64,000 bases of DNA from Candidatus Krumholzibacteriia bacterium. GTDB taxonomy: Bacteria; Krumholzibacteriota; Krumholzibacteriia; JAJRXK01. Within the stretch, counting starts at the first letter, position 1. Each line of letters begins with the position of its first letter. The stretch is from the NCBI GenBank assembly GCA_041484665.1, contig JBGPIA010000002.1:42045-106044 (forward strand), given 5' to 3'. The translations under genes and the position numbers were made by a program. The notes under the pieces are model-generated. The model did no database searches. It saw only the letters and a list, made by a program, of their open reading frames with translations, and was not told where the DNA came from. Below are positions 43,155-53,032 of this stretch, one piece after another.

Positions 43155-43193
43155 CACACGGCGCGCCCGGCTCGCCGCGCGGCGCACGCGCGC

Positions 43194-43619
43194 ATGGAGG
43201 AGATGATGATCGCTGCGACGCTTTTCGACCAGCCCCACATGGAGCTGCTGAAGCGGGCTCTGTCGGCCTATTCGCTGCGCCACCGGGTGGTGGCCGACAA
43301 CCTCAGCAACGTGGGGACGCCCGGCTACCAGGCGCAGGCCGTGGACTTCGAGACGGCGCTTGCCAACGCCGCGCCGCCGTTTCGCCTGCGTGGAACGGTG
43401 ACCGCCCCAGGCCATCTGCCGTTGGGCGTGGCCGCGGAGCCGTCCGCGGCGCGCACGCAGCCGGTGGGCGAGCCGTTCGACAACGGCGTCAACGACGTGA
43501 ACGTCGATCGCGAGATGGGCGAGCTGGTGAAGAACGACCTGGCCTTCCGCATGGCCACCCGCCTGCTCTCCCGGCGTTACCAGGGGCTGCGCATCGCCAT
43601 CACCGGACGCACGCAGTGA
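43194..43619 (+). CDS. flgB: Flagellar proximal rod protein FlgB
   Basis: ...LRHRVVADNLSNVGTPGYQAQAVDFE...VNVDREMGELVKNDLAFRMATRLLS. Confidence 0.88.
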   Translation: MEEMMIAATLFDQPHMELLKRALSAYSLRHRVVADNLSNVGTPGYQAQAVDFETALANAAPPFRLRGTVTAPGHLPLGVAAEPSAARTQPVGEPFDNGVNDVNVDREMGELVKNDLAFRMATRLLSRRYQGLRIAITGRTQ

Positions 43620-43656
43620 CGGGACGCGCGGACCGCCGCGCACCCCGTAGGAGGTC

Positions 43657-44169
43657 TTGACCATGACCATGCGCTTGTTCGGCGCCATCGACCTGAGCGC
43701 GAGCGGCCTGCGCGGCCAGCGCGCCAAGCTGGAGGTGGTGGCCGAGAACATCGCCAATGCCCAGACCACGCGCACGCCGGAAGGGGGCCCCTACCGGCGC
43801 AAGCAGACGGTGTTCACCGCCGCGGCGCCCGAGCAGGCGGAGACGACCCTGCTGCCCTACGGCGGGAACGACTTCTTCCGCCTGCTGCTCACCAACGAGC
43901 GGCACATGGATCGCGGCCGCGAGGCCAGCCAGATCGAGCTGCCGCGCGGCTCGGAGGTGGGCGTGGAGGAGGCGCCGGACGCGACCCGCTTCAAGCTGGT
44001 CTACGACCCCGGGCATCCCGACGCGGACGAGGAGGGCTACGTGCTCATGCCCAACGTGAACATGGTGTCGGAGATGGTGGACATGATCGCGGCCTCGCGC
44101 GCCTACGAGGCGAACGTGAGCGCGATCGAGAGCGCCAAGGACATGTTCCTGCAGGCGCTGGAGATCTAG
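43657..44169 (+). CDS. flgC: Flagellar rod protein FlgC
   Basis: ...FGAIDLSASGLRGQRAKLEVVAENIANAQTTRTPEGGPYRRKQTVF...NVNMVSEMVDMIAASRAYEANVSAIES. Confidence 0.9.
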   Translation: MTMTMRLFGAIDLSASGLRGQRAKLEVVAENIANAQTTRTPEGGPYRRKQTVFTAAAPEQAETTLLPYGGNDFFRLLLTNERHMDRGREASQIELPRGSEVGVEEAPDATRFKLVYDPGHPDADEEGYVLMPNVNMVSEMVDMIAASRAYEANVSAIESAKDMFLQALEI

Positions 44170-44179
44170 GGAGGCCGTC

Positions 44180-44500
44180 GTGAGCGCCGTCAAGGGTATC
44201 ATCGGCGCGGCCCCGGAGCTCGTCGCCAAGGCCTACGAGGCCGCGGCGGGCGTGGGCCCGCAGGTCGAGGCCAGAGCCGCCGGCGGCTTCGGCCAGACGC
44301 TGGCGCGGCTGGTCGGCGACGTCGACCGGCTGCAGGACCATTCCGGCGAGGTGACGCGCCGCCTGGTGGCCGGCGAGCCCACCGACGCCCACGAAGTGAT
44401 GGTCGCCACCGAGGAGGCCGGCCTGGCCTTCAGCCTGATGGTGGAAGTGCGCAACAAGCTCCTCGAGGCGTACCAGGAGCTCATGAGGATGCAGGTCTGA
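44180..44500 (+). CDS. fliE: Flagellar hook-basal body protein FliE
   Basis: ...GGFGQTLARLVGDVDRLQDHSGEVTRRLVAGE...HEVMVATEEAGLAFSLMVEVRNKLLEAYQELMRMQV. Confidence 0.85.
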   Translation: MSAVKGIIGAAPELVAKAYEAAAGVGPQVEARAAGGFGQTLARLVGDVDRLQDHSGEVTRRLVAGEPTDAHEVMVATEEAGLAFSLMVEVRNKLLEAYQELMRMQV

Positions 44501-44550
44501 CGTCGCGGGCGCGAGCCGGCCGCGGCGCGTGAGGCAGAGAGAAAGCGGGC

Positions 44551-46029
44551 ATGGATTCCCTGCAAGCGGTTCTGGAGCGGCTGCGCCGCGTCTGGGCGAG
44601 CTTCTCATTCAACCAGAAGGCGATCCTGGTGATCGTCTTGGGCGCGGCCTTGGTCAGCTCGCTGGTGTTCGTGCGCTGGCTGCGCCAGGACGACATGGTC
44701 GTGCTCTCCAGCGACCTGTCCGCCGAGGACGCCGCCGAGATCCTCGACCAGGTCTCCAAGGCGGGCGTGCGTGCCGAGCTGGGCAACGCCGGCCACACGA
44801 TCCTGGTGCCGGCCAGCGAGGTAGACCGGTTGCGGGTGGGGATCGCCAGCCAGGGGCTCCCTCGCCAGGGGCGCATCGGCTGGGAGATCTTCAACAAGGG
44901 CAACTACGGGATGACGGAGTTCCAGGAGAACGTCACCCTGCGCCGGGCCCTGGAGGGCGAGCTGGCGCGCACCATCGAGAGCATCCAGGGCGTCAAGAGC
45001 GCCCGCGTCCACATCACGCTGCCGCAGCAGAGCCTGTTCTTGCGCGACGAGCGCGCGGCCACGGCGGCCGTGTTGCTCACGCTGCGCGGGCGGGGGCGCC
45101 CGGGGCGGGAGCAGATCGAGGGGATCCAGCACCTGGTGGCCAACGCGGTGGAGGGGCTGCAGCCGGGCAAGGTGACGGTGGTGGACAACTCGGGGGCCGT
45201 GATGAGCAGCGACGACAGCGACGACGCGGCCGGGCTTTCCAGCAAGCAGCTCCGCGTGCGCAAGGAGGTCGAGGACTACCTCGGCGGCAAGGCGGCCGAC
45301 ATGCTGGCTGCGGTGTTGGGCCCGGGGCACTCCATGGTGCGCGTCAACGCCGAGCTGGATTTCGACCGCATCGAGCGCACGACCGAGCAGTACGACCCCC
45401 AGACCGTCGTGCGCAGCGAGGAGCGGACCGACGAGTCCAACCCGGGCGCCGGCGGAACGACCGAGCGATCGCTGACCAACTACGAGGTGAGCCGCACCGT
45501 CCAGAAGGTCCTCAACACCGGTGGCGGCGTCCACAAACTCGACGTAGCGGTCTTCGTCGACGGCAAGCACGCGCCAGCCGCCGATGCCAAGGGCGGCCAG
45601 CCCGCCAGCTACACCCCCCGCACCAGCGAGGAGCTGGACCAGATCCAGCGCATCGTCGCCAAGTCGGTGGGAGTCGACCCCACGCGCGGGGACCTGATCG
45701 AGGTCGTGAACATGCAGTTCGACGTGCCGCAAGCGCCCAAGACCACGCTGCTGGAGAACCCGATGCTGCAGACCGCACCGTCGTTGATCGGTCGCCTGGC
45801 TCTGTTCGCCGTGGCGGCCGTGCTGATCCTGGGGCTGCGCCGCAGCCTGGGCAAGATGGTGCGCGAGGTGTCGCGCCCACTGCCCGACGTGGGTCCGGTG
45901 CGCGGCGCCGCGCTGGCCAGGGCCAAGGCCGAGGCGCGCACGCCGGTGGCCGACATGGAGGACTGGGCCCGCGGTGACCCCGAAGAGGTCGCCAACCTGA
46001 TCAAGGCCTTCGCCAGCTCCGAGGAGTAG
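44551..46029 (+). CDS. fliF: Flagellar MS-ring protein FliF
   Basis: MDSLQAVLERLRRVWASFSFNQKAILVIVLGAALVSSLVFVRWL...GVKSARVHITLPQQSLFLRDE... 492 aa, with a second TM near the C-terminus. Confidence 0.9.
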   Translation: MDSLQAVLERLRRVWASFSFNQKAILVIVLGAALVSSLVFVRWLRQDDMVVLSSDLSAEDAAEILDQVSKAGVRAELGNAGHTILVPASEVDRLRVGIASQGLPRQGRIGWEIFNKGNYGMTEFQENVTLRRALEGELARTIESIQGVKSARVHITLPQQSLFLRDERAATAAVLLTLRGRGRPGREQIEGIQHLVANAVEGLQPGKVTVVDNSGAVMSSDDSDDAAGLSSKQLRVRKEVEDYLGGKAADMLAAVLGPGHSMVRVNAELDFDRIERTTEQYDPQTVVRSEERTDESNPGAGGTTERSLTNYEVSRTVQKVLNTGGGVHKLDVAVFVDGKHAPAADAKGGQPASYTPRTSEELDQIQRIVAKSVGVDPTRGDLIEVVNMQFDVPQAPKTTLLENPMLQTAPSLIGRLALFAVAAVLILGLRRSLGKMVREVSRPLPDVGPVRGAALARAKAEARTPVADMEDWARGDPEEVANLIKAFASSEE

Positions 46030-46033
46030 ACGC

Positions 46034-47035
46034 GTGACGCCGATGACCTCGACGCGTAAGACGGCCATCGTGCTGATCTCGATGGGCTCGCGCATCGCCG
46101 GGGAGATCCTCAAGCGCATGCCCGAGGCGCTGGTGGAGCAGATCACCGCCGAGATCGCCAGCATCAAGCAGGTCACGCCCGAGGAGCGCCGGCTGGTCTT
46201 CAAGGAGCTGCGGGAGTTCCAGGCCAAGATCTCCGCCTTCGACAAGGGCGGCACCGACTTCGCCCGCGAGATGCTCGAGCAGGCGGTGGGCACCCACCGC
46301 GCCAGCACGCTGATCAGCCGCGCCACGGGCTTCGGCGACACCGCAAGCTTCGAGATGCTCAAGAAGGCCGATCCGCTGACGGTGGCCAACTTCCTCAAGG
46401 CCGAGGCCGCCCAGACCGTCGCCCTGGTGCTGGCCCACGTGGACCCGCGGTGGGCGGGGCCGATCCTCGCCCGCCTGCCCAGCACCATGCAGGCCGAGGT
46501 GGCCTTCCGCATGGCGTCCCTCGGCCAGCCCAACCCGGAGTTCGTGCGCGAGGTGGAGCTCGCCCTGGCCAAGGGGGTCAAGGGCGAGTACGAGGCCACC
46601 GTGAAGCAGTACGGCGGCACCAAGCAGGTGGCCGACCTGTTCAACCAGATCGACCAGGAGGTCTGGGGCGAGATCCTCGAGGATATGAAGCGGCTGGACA
46701 ACGACACCGCCGCGCAGGTGAAGAACCTCATGTTCGTGTTCGAGGACATCGTGACGCTCGATGACAAGTTCGTGCAGGAGATGCTCAAGGAGGTCGACAG
46801 CCGCGAGCTGGGGCTCGCGCTGAAGGCCGCCAGCGACATCGTGAAGCAGAAGATCTTCAGCAACATGTCCAAGCGAGCCGCCGCGGGTATCAAGGAGGAC
46901 ATGGAATACACCGGTGCGGTGCGTCTGTCCGAGGTACAGGAGGCGCAGCAGCGCGTGGTCGACGTGCTGCGCCGCCTGGAGGAGGCCGGCACGGTGGTGC
47001 TCAGCGGCGGCAAGGGCGGCGATGTCCTCGTCTAG
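46034..47035 (+). CDS. fliG: Flagellar motor switch protein FliG
   Basis: ...KTAIVLISMGSRIAGEILKRM...QVKNLMFVFEDIVTLDDKFVQEMLKEVDSRELGLALKAASD... (MFxF/EDI region). Confidence 0.92.
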   Translation: MTPMTSTRKTAIVLISMGSRIAGEILKRMPEALVEQITAEIASIKQVTPEERRLVFKELREFQAKISAFDKGGTDFAREMLEQAVGTHRASTLISRATGFGDTASFEMLKKADPLTVANFLKAEAAQTVALVLAHVDPRWAGPILARLPSTMQAEVAFRMASLGQPNPEFVREVELALAKGVKGEYEATVKQYGGTKQVADLFNQIDQEVWGEILEDMKRLDNDTAAQVKNLMFVFEDIVTLDDKFVQEMLKEVDSRELGLALKAASDIVKQKIFSNMSKRAAAGIKEDMEYTGAVRLSEVQEAQQRVVDVLRRLEEAGTVVLSGGKGGDVLV

Positions 47036-47720
47036 CGCGACCGCGGCAACGCCGGCGCACGGCTTCGCGCCCAACGCGGCACCACAGCCAGCGCCCGCCG
47101 CGCCCTTCGTCGAAGAATTCAGCCGGCACGCCTCCGCCCCCTTCCGGGAGCTGTTGGCCGAGACCGCGGCGATGGCCACCGGCAAGGCACTCCTCCCCAG
47201 CGCCGCCGCGCGCGAGGATGTACTGCTGGCCGAACTGGAGCGCATGCAGGGCGCTCTGGTGCGCGCACAGCACGAGAGTGCCGACCTGCGCGCTCAGTGG
47301 GAGGCCGAGCGGGACGGGATTCTGGCCTCCATCGTCCAGGAGCTCCGCACGAACTTCCAGACGCAGATGGAGGAGATCGCGGCGGCCGCACTGCGGCTGA
47401 CGCTGGAGGCGGCCGAGCGGATCGTTCGCCGCGAGCTGGCGGTGGACCCCGAGGCGATCGAGCGCCTGCTGCGCGACGTGCTCTGGCGGCTGGCCGACGC
47501 GCGGTCACTGCGCCTGCGGGTCAGCCCGCAGGACGCGCAGCTGCTGGAGTCGCGCGCGGCGCTGCTGGCGGAGCTGCACGTGGCCGAGGTGGTGCGCGAT
47601 CGCCGCGTCACCTCTGGCGGCTGCTTGCTGGAGTCGGGCGACCGGGCCTGGGATGCCACCGTGGAGGGCCAGCTGGAGCAACTGCGTCTCGCGCTGGCGC
47701 GCCTGCTGGAGAAAGCGTGA
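47022..47720 (+). CDS. fliH: Flagellar assembly protein FliH
   Basis: Position between fliG and fliI. Ala/Glu-rich coiled coil, then ...AERIVRRELAVDPEAIERLLRDVLWRLADARSLRLRVSPQDAQLL. It overlaps fliG by 14 nt. Confidence 0.7.
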   Translation: MSSSSATAATPAHGFAPNAAPQPAPAAPFVEEFSRHASAPFRELLAETAAMATGKALLPSAAAREDVLLAELERMQGALVRAQHESADLRAQWEAERDGILASIVQELRTNFQTQMEEIAAAALRLTLEAAERIVRRELAVDPEAIERLLRDVLWRLADARSLRLRVSPQDAQLLESRAALLAELHVAEVVRDRRVTSGGCLLESGDRAWDATVEGQLEQLRLALARLLEKA

Positions 47721-49045
47721 CCTCCGCGTTGCTGGACGCCGCGCGCTCGGCGGTGCGCAGCGCCGACCTCGTCCGCGGTCGCGGCCGCCTCACGCAGGTG
47801 GTGGGCCTGGTGCTCGAGGTCCGGGGGCTGTGCGCCTCCATCGGCGATCTCTGCTGGATCGAGGTGGGCCGCCAGCTGCCCGAGGTGCCCGCCGAGGTGG
47901 TGGGCTTCCGCGAGGACGCGCTGCTGCTGATGCCCTACGGCTCGCTGATCGGCATCGCCGCCGGGAGCCGCGTGCGCACCCATGGTGAGCGCTTGCGCGT
48001 GCCCGCCGGAGTGGAGCTGCTGGGGCGCGTCCTCAACGCCGTGGGCGAGCCCATCGATGGAGGGCCACCGCTCTCCTGCCGCGAGACCACCAGTCATCTC
48101 GGCCGGGTGCCGCCGCCCTTGGCCCGCCAGCGCATCCGGGAGGTGCAGCCCACCGGCGTGCGCGCCATCGACGCGTTCGTGACCTGCGCGCGGGGCCAGC
48201 GCGTGGGGATCTTCGCCGGCAGCGGCGTGGGCAAGAGCGTGCTGCTGGGGATGATCAGCCGCCACAGCGCGGTGGACGTCAACGTCGTGGCCCTGATCGG
48301 CGAGCGAGGCCGCGAAGTGCGCGAGTTCATCGAGGAGGATCTGGGGCAGGATGGCCTGGCGCGCAGCGTGGTGGTGGTGGCCACCAGCGACGAGAGCGCG
48401 GTCCTGCGCGTGCGGGCCGCCCAGAGTGCCATGGCCATCGCCGAGTGGTTCCGCGAGCACGACCGCAACGTGATGTTCCTGATGGACTCCACCACCCGCT
48501 ACGCCATGGCGCTGCGGGAGATCGGGCTGGCGGTGGGGGAGCCCCCCACGACCAAGGGCTACACGCCGTCCTCCTTCGCCGAGCTCCCGCGGCTGCTGGA
48601 GCGCGCCGGCACCAGCCGCGTCAACGCCATGACCGGCTTCTTCACCGTGCTGGTCGAGGGGGACGATCTCAACGATCCGGTGGGCGACGCGGTGCGTGCC
48701 ATCGTCGACGGGCACATCGTCCTGGCGCGCGACCTGGCCCGGCGCGGGCACTACCCAGCCATCGACGTGCTGGGCAGCGTCAGCCGGCTCATGCCCCAGG
48801 TGACCACGCCCGAACACCGCGCGAGCTCCGCCCGCGTGCTCAACTGGCTGAAGCTGCTGGAGGACCACCAAGACCTGATCACGATCGGCGCCTACACGCG
48901 CGGCCACCACGCCGAGCTGGATATCGCCCTCGATCTGCGGCCGCGCCTGGACGCGTTCCTGCGGCAGGGGATCGGCGAGAAGGCCGATCTCAGCGCCACG
49001 CTGGCGCAGCTTGCCCAGCTGGCCACGCCGGGCGCCACCGGCTGA
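47717..49045 (+). CDS. fliI: Flagellum-specific ATPase FliI
   Basis: Walker A GSGVGKSVLLGMI. ...VVALIGERGREVREFIE...LMDSTTRYAMALREIGLAVGEPPTTKGYTPS. GTG start overlapping the fliH stop. Confidence 0.92.
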   Translation: MTSALLDAARSAVRSADLVRGRGRLTQVVGLVLEVRGLCASIGDLCWIEVGRQLPEVPAEVVGFREDALLLMPYGSLIGIAAGSRVRTHGERLRVPAGVELLGRVLNAVGEPIDGGPPLSCRETTSHLGRVPPPLARQRIREVQPTGVRAIDAFVTCARGQRVGIFAGSGVGKSVLLGMISRHSAVDVNVVALIGERGREVREFIEEDLGQDGLARSVVVVATSDESAVLRVRAAQSAMAIAEWFREHDRNVMFLMDSTTRYAMALREIGLAVGEPPTTKGYTPSSFAELPRLLERAGTSRVNAMTGFFTVLVEGDDLNDPVGDAVRAIVDGHIVLARDLARRGHYPAIDVLGSVSRLMPQVTTPEHRASSARVLNWLKLLEDHQDLITIGAYTRGHHAELDIALDLRPRLDAFLRQGIGEKADLSATLAQLAQLATPGATG

Positions 49046-49086
49046 CCGCGAGCACGTGCCCCCGGCGCTCGCCCAAGAGGATTCGC

Positions 49087-49554
49087 GTGTTCCGGTTCCG
49101 CCTGCAGAAGCTCCTCGACTATCGCCTCGACCAGCTCGAGCAAGCACGGCTGGCCCTGGCCAAAGCCGAGCAGGCGCTGGCGCGCCGGTTCGAGGAACTG
49201 GACGAGGCCAGCCGGGAGCGGGCTCGCCTCGAGCTGACCTATCGCGAGCTCGCGGCCGAGGTGACGGTCCTGCAACTGCAGCGCGCTCTGGCGCAGACGC
49301 GCGCCGCGACCGCGGCGCAAGAGCGTGCCCGCCACGCGGTGCTCGCCGCCGAGCAGGTACGCGCGGCCGCGCACGAGCAGCTCACGCGCTGCCATCGGCA
49401 AGCCCGCATGCTCGAGAAGCTCCGCGAGCGCAGGCTCGCCGTCCATCAGGCCGCGATTCGTGCTCAAGAACGCCGCGCGATGGACGATGTCGGAGGGCGT
49501 ACGCGGGGAGCCCGCTCCCAGCCGGCGGCACTTCCTGCAGGTCGCCGCCGGTAA
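49087..49554 (+). CDS. fliJ: Flagellar export protein FliJ (coiled coil)
   Basis: VFRFRLQKLLDYRLDQLEQARLALAKAEQALARRFEELDEASRERARLELTYRE; position after fliI. Confidence 0.65.
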   Translation: MFRFRLQKLLDYRLDQLEQARLALAKAEQALARRFEELDEASRERARLELTYRELAAEVTVLQLQRALAQTRAATAAQERARHAVLAAEQVRAAAHEQLTRCHRQARMLEKLRERRLAVHQAAIRAQERRAMDDVGGRTRGARSQPAALPAGRRR

Positions 49555-49694
49555 CGCGTGCCTGCGGCCGCGCGCGGTCGGACCGGGCCGGCGCGTCAAC
49601 TCCATCCTTCCCAACCACTTGCGCGAGGTCGAACTCGCGCTGACCCGTGGCATGTGCGTTGCGCTGGGCCGCCCGGGCCCTGGGAGGCGCACGC

Positions 49695-50270
49695 ATGAAG
49701 ACCATCCTGCTCGCCAGCACCGTCAGCTTCCTCCTGATCATGGGAGGCCTGACGCTGTACGCCCGTGGCAAGCGGGCCGTGCCGGTGGCTATGGACGCGA
49801 CGTCGCCCGCGCAGGCACAGGGTCAGGGACCGTCCGCGACGCCGGTGGACGCTGCAGCTGCAGAGCTGGCATTCGCCGCCGTGGAGAACGAGCGCCAGCA
49901 GCTGCAGAAGGAGCGCGACCAGCTCGCCGCGCTGCGCGGCGAGCTGGCGCTGCGCGAGGCGACGCTGCAGACCCAGCGCGATCAGTTGCAGAAGCTGATC
50001 GCCACTCTGCAGCAGGCGCAAACCACCGCCACGACGGCGCAGGCCGCGAGCGCGACGAAGCTGGCGAAGATGTTCGATGCGATGAAGGCCGACGGTGCCG
50101 CCCAGATCCTTGCGACCCTCGACCAAGACACCGCCTTGCAGATCCTCGTGCGCATGAAGGAGCGCGCCGCGGCGAAGGTGCTGGCGGCGCTGCCGTCGGC
50201 CACCGCCGCCGCGCTGAGCGAGCGCCTCACCGAGAAGGGCACCACGCTGGGCATGAAGGGGGAGGGATGA
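49695..50270 (+). CDS. MgtE_N-like flagellar protein (B. subtilis YlxF family), TM-anchored coiled coil
   Basis: MKTILLASTVSFLLIMGGLTLYA (TM), a coiled coil, then ...AKMFDAMKADGAAQILATLDQDTALQILVRMKERAAAKVLAAL. It sits in the same fliJ-ylxF-fliK position as in Bacillus. Confidence 0.5.
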   Translation: MKTILLASTVSFLLIMGGLTLYARGKRAVPVAMDATSPAQAQGQGPSATPVDAAAAELAFAAVENERQQLQKERDQLAALRGELALREATLQTQRDQLQKLIATLQQAQTTATTAQAASATKLAKMFDAMKADGAAQILATLDQDTALQILVRMKERAAAKVLAALPSATAAALSERLTEKGTTLGMKGEG

Positions 50271-52126
50271 CCCTCCCGCTTGCGCTGCTGCTGCCCGCGG
50301 ACGCGGCGGCGTCGGCCGCGCCCCCGTGGGGCGTTGCCGCGCCGGCCGCCGGCGCGCTGCTTCCAGTCTCCGGTGACGGCGCACTGCGGCCCGCGCTAAC
50401 CGACGTCGGCAGTCAGCTGCTGGATCCCGGCGCCATCCTGCCGTTCTCCGCAGTGCTCGCGGGGTTGGGCTCGCGACCGGGCGGCGCATCGCCCGCCGCG
50501 GCCGGCGGGACACAGCCGCTGCCCAGCGCGGTCGGCGCTGGCGACGCTGCGCGTGATGCTCGGCCCCGCTGTGGTGCGCTGGCCGCGAGCGCCGCCCAGG
50601 CGGCGGTGCTCATGCCCCTGCTGCAGCTGCTGCAGCCTGCCTGGGCACAGGGCGATCCCGCGGCCTGCGCGCAGGGTGGCACGCAGCCAGAGCCCGGCGG
50701 TCCTTTGATACCGCGGGACTGCGCGCCGGCGATCGCGCCGTTCTCGCCGCCCTCCGCGACTGCCGCACCTTCGCTCCCGCCGCCCAGCGCCGAGCTTCCA
50801 CTGCCACCGGCGAGTGCGGCGCCTTCGCTCGCGCTGCTGCCCACGACTGCCGCGCCTTGGATTCCGGCAGCCAGCGCCGAGCTCGTAGCGCCGCCCGCGC
50901 GTGTGCCGGAAGAGACGAACGCGCAGGCCGCGACGACGGCTGTGGGTGTGGCCCCCGCGCCCGCCGGGACGACCGCGCCCTGCCCGATGACGACGGCACC
51001 CCCACTGCCCGGCGCGCCTGGCGCGACGCCGGCGGCATCCCCGGCACCGGCCGCGGACGTTGCGCGGGACGCATCGCCCGCGCACGCGGCTCCCGCTGGA
51101 GGCACCCCCCCGACCGCGGGCGCTCTGCTTGCGCCAGCGGCATCGCCCGGCGTGCTCGATCGCGACCCAACGGCCGGTCTGGGGATGGCGGAGCAGGACG
51201 CCGGCCACGCGCTCGACGCGGCGGCGCTGGCCCGGCCCGCATCGCCCGCGATCGCCGGCCCGCCGCTTCCGCTCGTAGCGCCGGGGCCGGGAACATCACA
51301 GCGCGAGACCCTGCCGGCCGCAACGCTGATGCTGCGCTCCGCGCTGCTGGGACAGACGGCTCCTTTGGCCCCGGGGGTGGCGGCTGCGACTACGCTCCAC
51401 GCGCCCCCAGCGGGGGAGGAGGTCGACGCGGATGCCGTCGCGTTGCCGGCACCGTCGGCTTGGATGGCCGCACCCGCGCGCGTCGCACCGGTGGTGGCGG
51501 CCGCGGGCAGCGCGCGAGCGCCGGCTCGCCAAGCGATCGCGCCGATCGACGCCGACCTTGACGGTGATGCCGCCGCGGCCGCCGCCCTGCAGGGCGGGCC
51601 GAGGCTCGGCGCGCCGCCGTCCACGACCGCCGTCGGGGCCGCCCCGGGCGCCGCCGCCAACGCCACTTCCGACGCGCTCGTGCGTCAGCTCGCCGACGGG
51701 GTGGTGCTCGCGGGTCGCGATGCGCTGTTGCAGTCGGTGGGCGCGGCCGAGGCGCGCGTGGAGCTCGATCCGCCGCATCTGGGGCCGCTGCGCGTGCGGG
51801 TGACGCTGGATGCCGAGGGTGGGCTCCAGGTCGCGCTGCTGGCCCGCGACACGGTGGTACGCGATCGCCTGCGTGCGGAGGTGGATGAGCTCTCGTTGGC
51901 TCTCAGCGGTCGCGGGCTGCGGTTGACCACCGTGGCGGTGCACGCCATGGGGACGGGGGGGGCCCAGGGGCAGCTCGATCCCCGGATGACTCCGCGCGAG
52001 GAGCCCACAGGGAGCGGGTACGACGGCGGCCGCGGCCAGAAGCGCCAGGGCGATCGCGAGGGCGAGCAGCCTGCAGGAGGCCGCCGTCAGGACGGCAGCG
52101 GCCGCAACGTGGACACGCAAGCGTAG
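50267..52126 (+). CDS. fliK: Flagellar hook-length control protein FliK (619 aa, Pro/Ala-rich)
   Basis: The C-terminal Flg_hook domain is ...VELDPPHLGPLRVRVTLDAEGGLQVALLARDTVVRDRLRAEVDELSLALSGRGLRLTTVAV. A long low-complexity Pro/Ala-rich ruler region lies upstream. Confidence 0.75.
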   Translation: MTLPLALLLPADAAASAAPPWGVAAPAAGALLPVSGDGALRPALTDVGSQLLDPGAILPFSAVLAGLGSRPGGASPAAAGGTQPLPSAVGAGDAARDARPRCGALAASAAQAAVLMPLLQLLQPAWAQGDPAACAQGGTQPEPGGPLIPRDCAPAIAPFSPPSATAAPSLPPPSAELPLPPASAAPSLALLPTTAAPWIPAASAELVAPPARVPEETNAQAATTAVGVAPAPAGTTAPCPMTTAPPLPGAPGATPAASPAPAADVARDASPAHAAPAGGTPPTAGALLAPAASPGVLDRDPTAGLGMAEQDAGHALDAAALARPASPAIAGPPLPLVAPGPGTSQRETLPAATLMLRSALLGQTAPLAPGVAAATTLHAPPAGEEVDADAVALPAPSAWMAAPARVAPVVAAAGSARAPARQAIAPIDADLDGDAAAAAALQGGPRLGAPPSTTAVGAAPGAAANATSDALVRQLADGVVLAGRDALLQSVGAAEARVELDPPHLGPLRVRVTLDAEGGLQVALLARDTVVRDRLRAEVDELSLALSGRGLRLTTVAVHAMGTGGAQGQLDPRMTPREEPTGSGYDGGRGQKRQGDREGEQPAGGRRQDGSGRNVDTQA

Positions 52127-52137
52127 AGAGGAACGCC

Positions 52138-52878
52138 ATGGCCATCGCCGGTGTCGGTGCCAGTAGCAGCCCGAGCGCGTCAACCAGCGCGGATTCCGGG
52201 CCCAGCGCCGCGAGCAGCGCCGGGCAGCTGCAGTCCACGTTCCTGCAGCTGCTGCTCAAGCAGATGCAGAACCAGGACCCCTTCTCGCCGATGGACAACA
52301 CCCAATTCGTCCAGCAGCTGGCTACCTTCGCCAACCTCGAGCAGCTGCAGGGCCTCAACGACCGGATGCAGCAGAGCCTCGGGCTGGCCGACACGCTCGG
52401 GCAGCTGACGGGCACCATGAACGACAACATGGCCCAGACGCTCAACGCCGCGATGATGAACCTCGTGGGCAAGCGCGTGGCCGTGCCGGGCAACGCGATG
52501 CAGGTGTCGGTCGATCCAAAGACCCAGGAGCCGGTCGTGGGGCGGGTCCTCGTGCGCAGCCCCAGCCCAGGCACGGTGACGGCCGTGGTTCGCGACGATC
52601 AAGGGAAGATCGTCAAGGACCTGGGCGAGATCACACTGACGGCAGGTTTCACCCCGATCCGCTGGGACGGTCGCGACAAGGACAACGTCGCGGTCCCACC
52701 GGGCCGCTACACCGTGCAGGTCACCGACTCCCAGCAAAAGGACATGGGGAGCGCGCTGTTCAGCTCGGGCATCGTGGAGGCCGTGCAGTTCGATACCGGG
52801 TTCACCCGGCTGGTGGTGGGCGGCAAGACGTTTCTGCCCAACCAGGTGGTGGAGGTGGGATTGCCCGACGGCGCGTGA
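52138..52878 (+). CDS. flgD: Flagellar hook capping/assembly protein FlgD
   Basis: ...QLQSTFLQLLLKQMQNQDPFSPMDNTQFVQQLATFANLEQLQGLNDRMQQ... Confidence 0.88.
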   Translation: MAIAGVGASSSPSASTSADSGPSAASSAGQLQSTFLQLLLKQMQNQDPFSPMDNTQFVQQLATFANLEQLQGLNDRMQQSLGLADTLGQLTGTMNDNMAQTLNAAMMNLVGKRVAVPGNAMQVSVDPKTQEPVVGRVLVRSPSPGTVTAVVRDDQGKIVKDLGEITLTAGFTPIRWDGRDKDNVAVPPGRYTVQVTDSQQKDMGSALFSSGIVEAVQFDTGFTRLVVGGKTFLPNQVVEVGLPDGA

Positions 52879-53032
52879 GCGCCGCCGATCCCGCCCGGGC
52901 GGTTTGCATGCGGAGTGCGCCCCCCGCCCGCAGCCGCGCCAGGAACGGAACGTCGTTGCGAGCGCGGCGTCTTGGCGCCGCGCGCAGAGCAAGACCGTGA
53001 GAGCCTAACTCGAGACAGGAGCCGGAACGCCT

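Noticed and set aside
41766-47013. Long minus-strand ORFs 41766..43775 (669 aa) and 44605..47013 (802 aa)
   Set aside because: They are antisense to the sigma-54 activator and the flgB-fliG genes, with Arg/Gly/Ala low-complexity translations and no coding signal.
52879-53032. CGGAAC-N4-TTGCG upstream of flgE considered as a third sigma-54 promoter
   Set aside because: The -24/-12 spacing is off by one, and the conserved GG/GC dinucleotides are not both at consensus positions.
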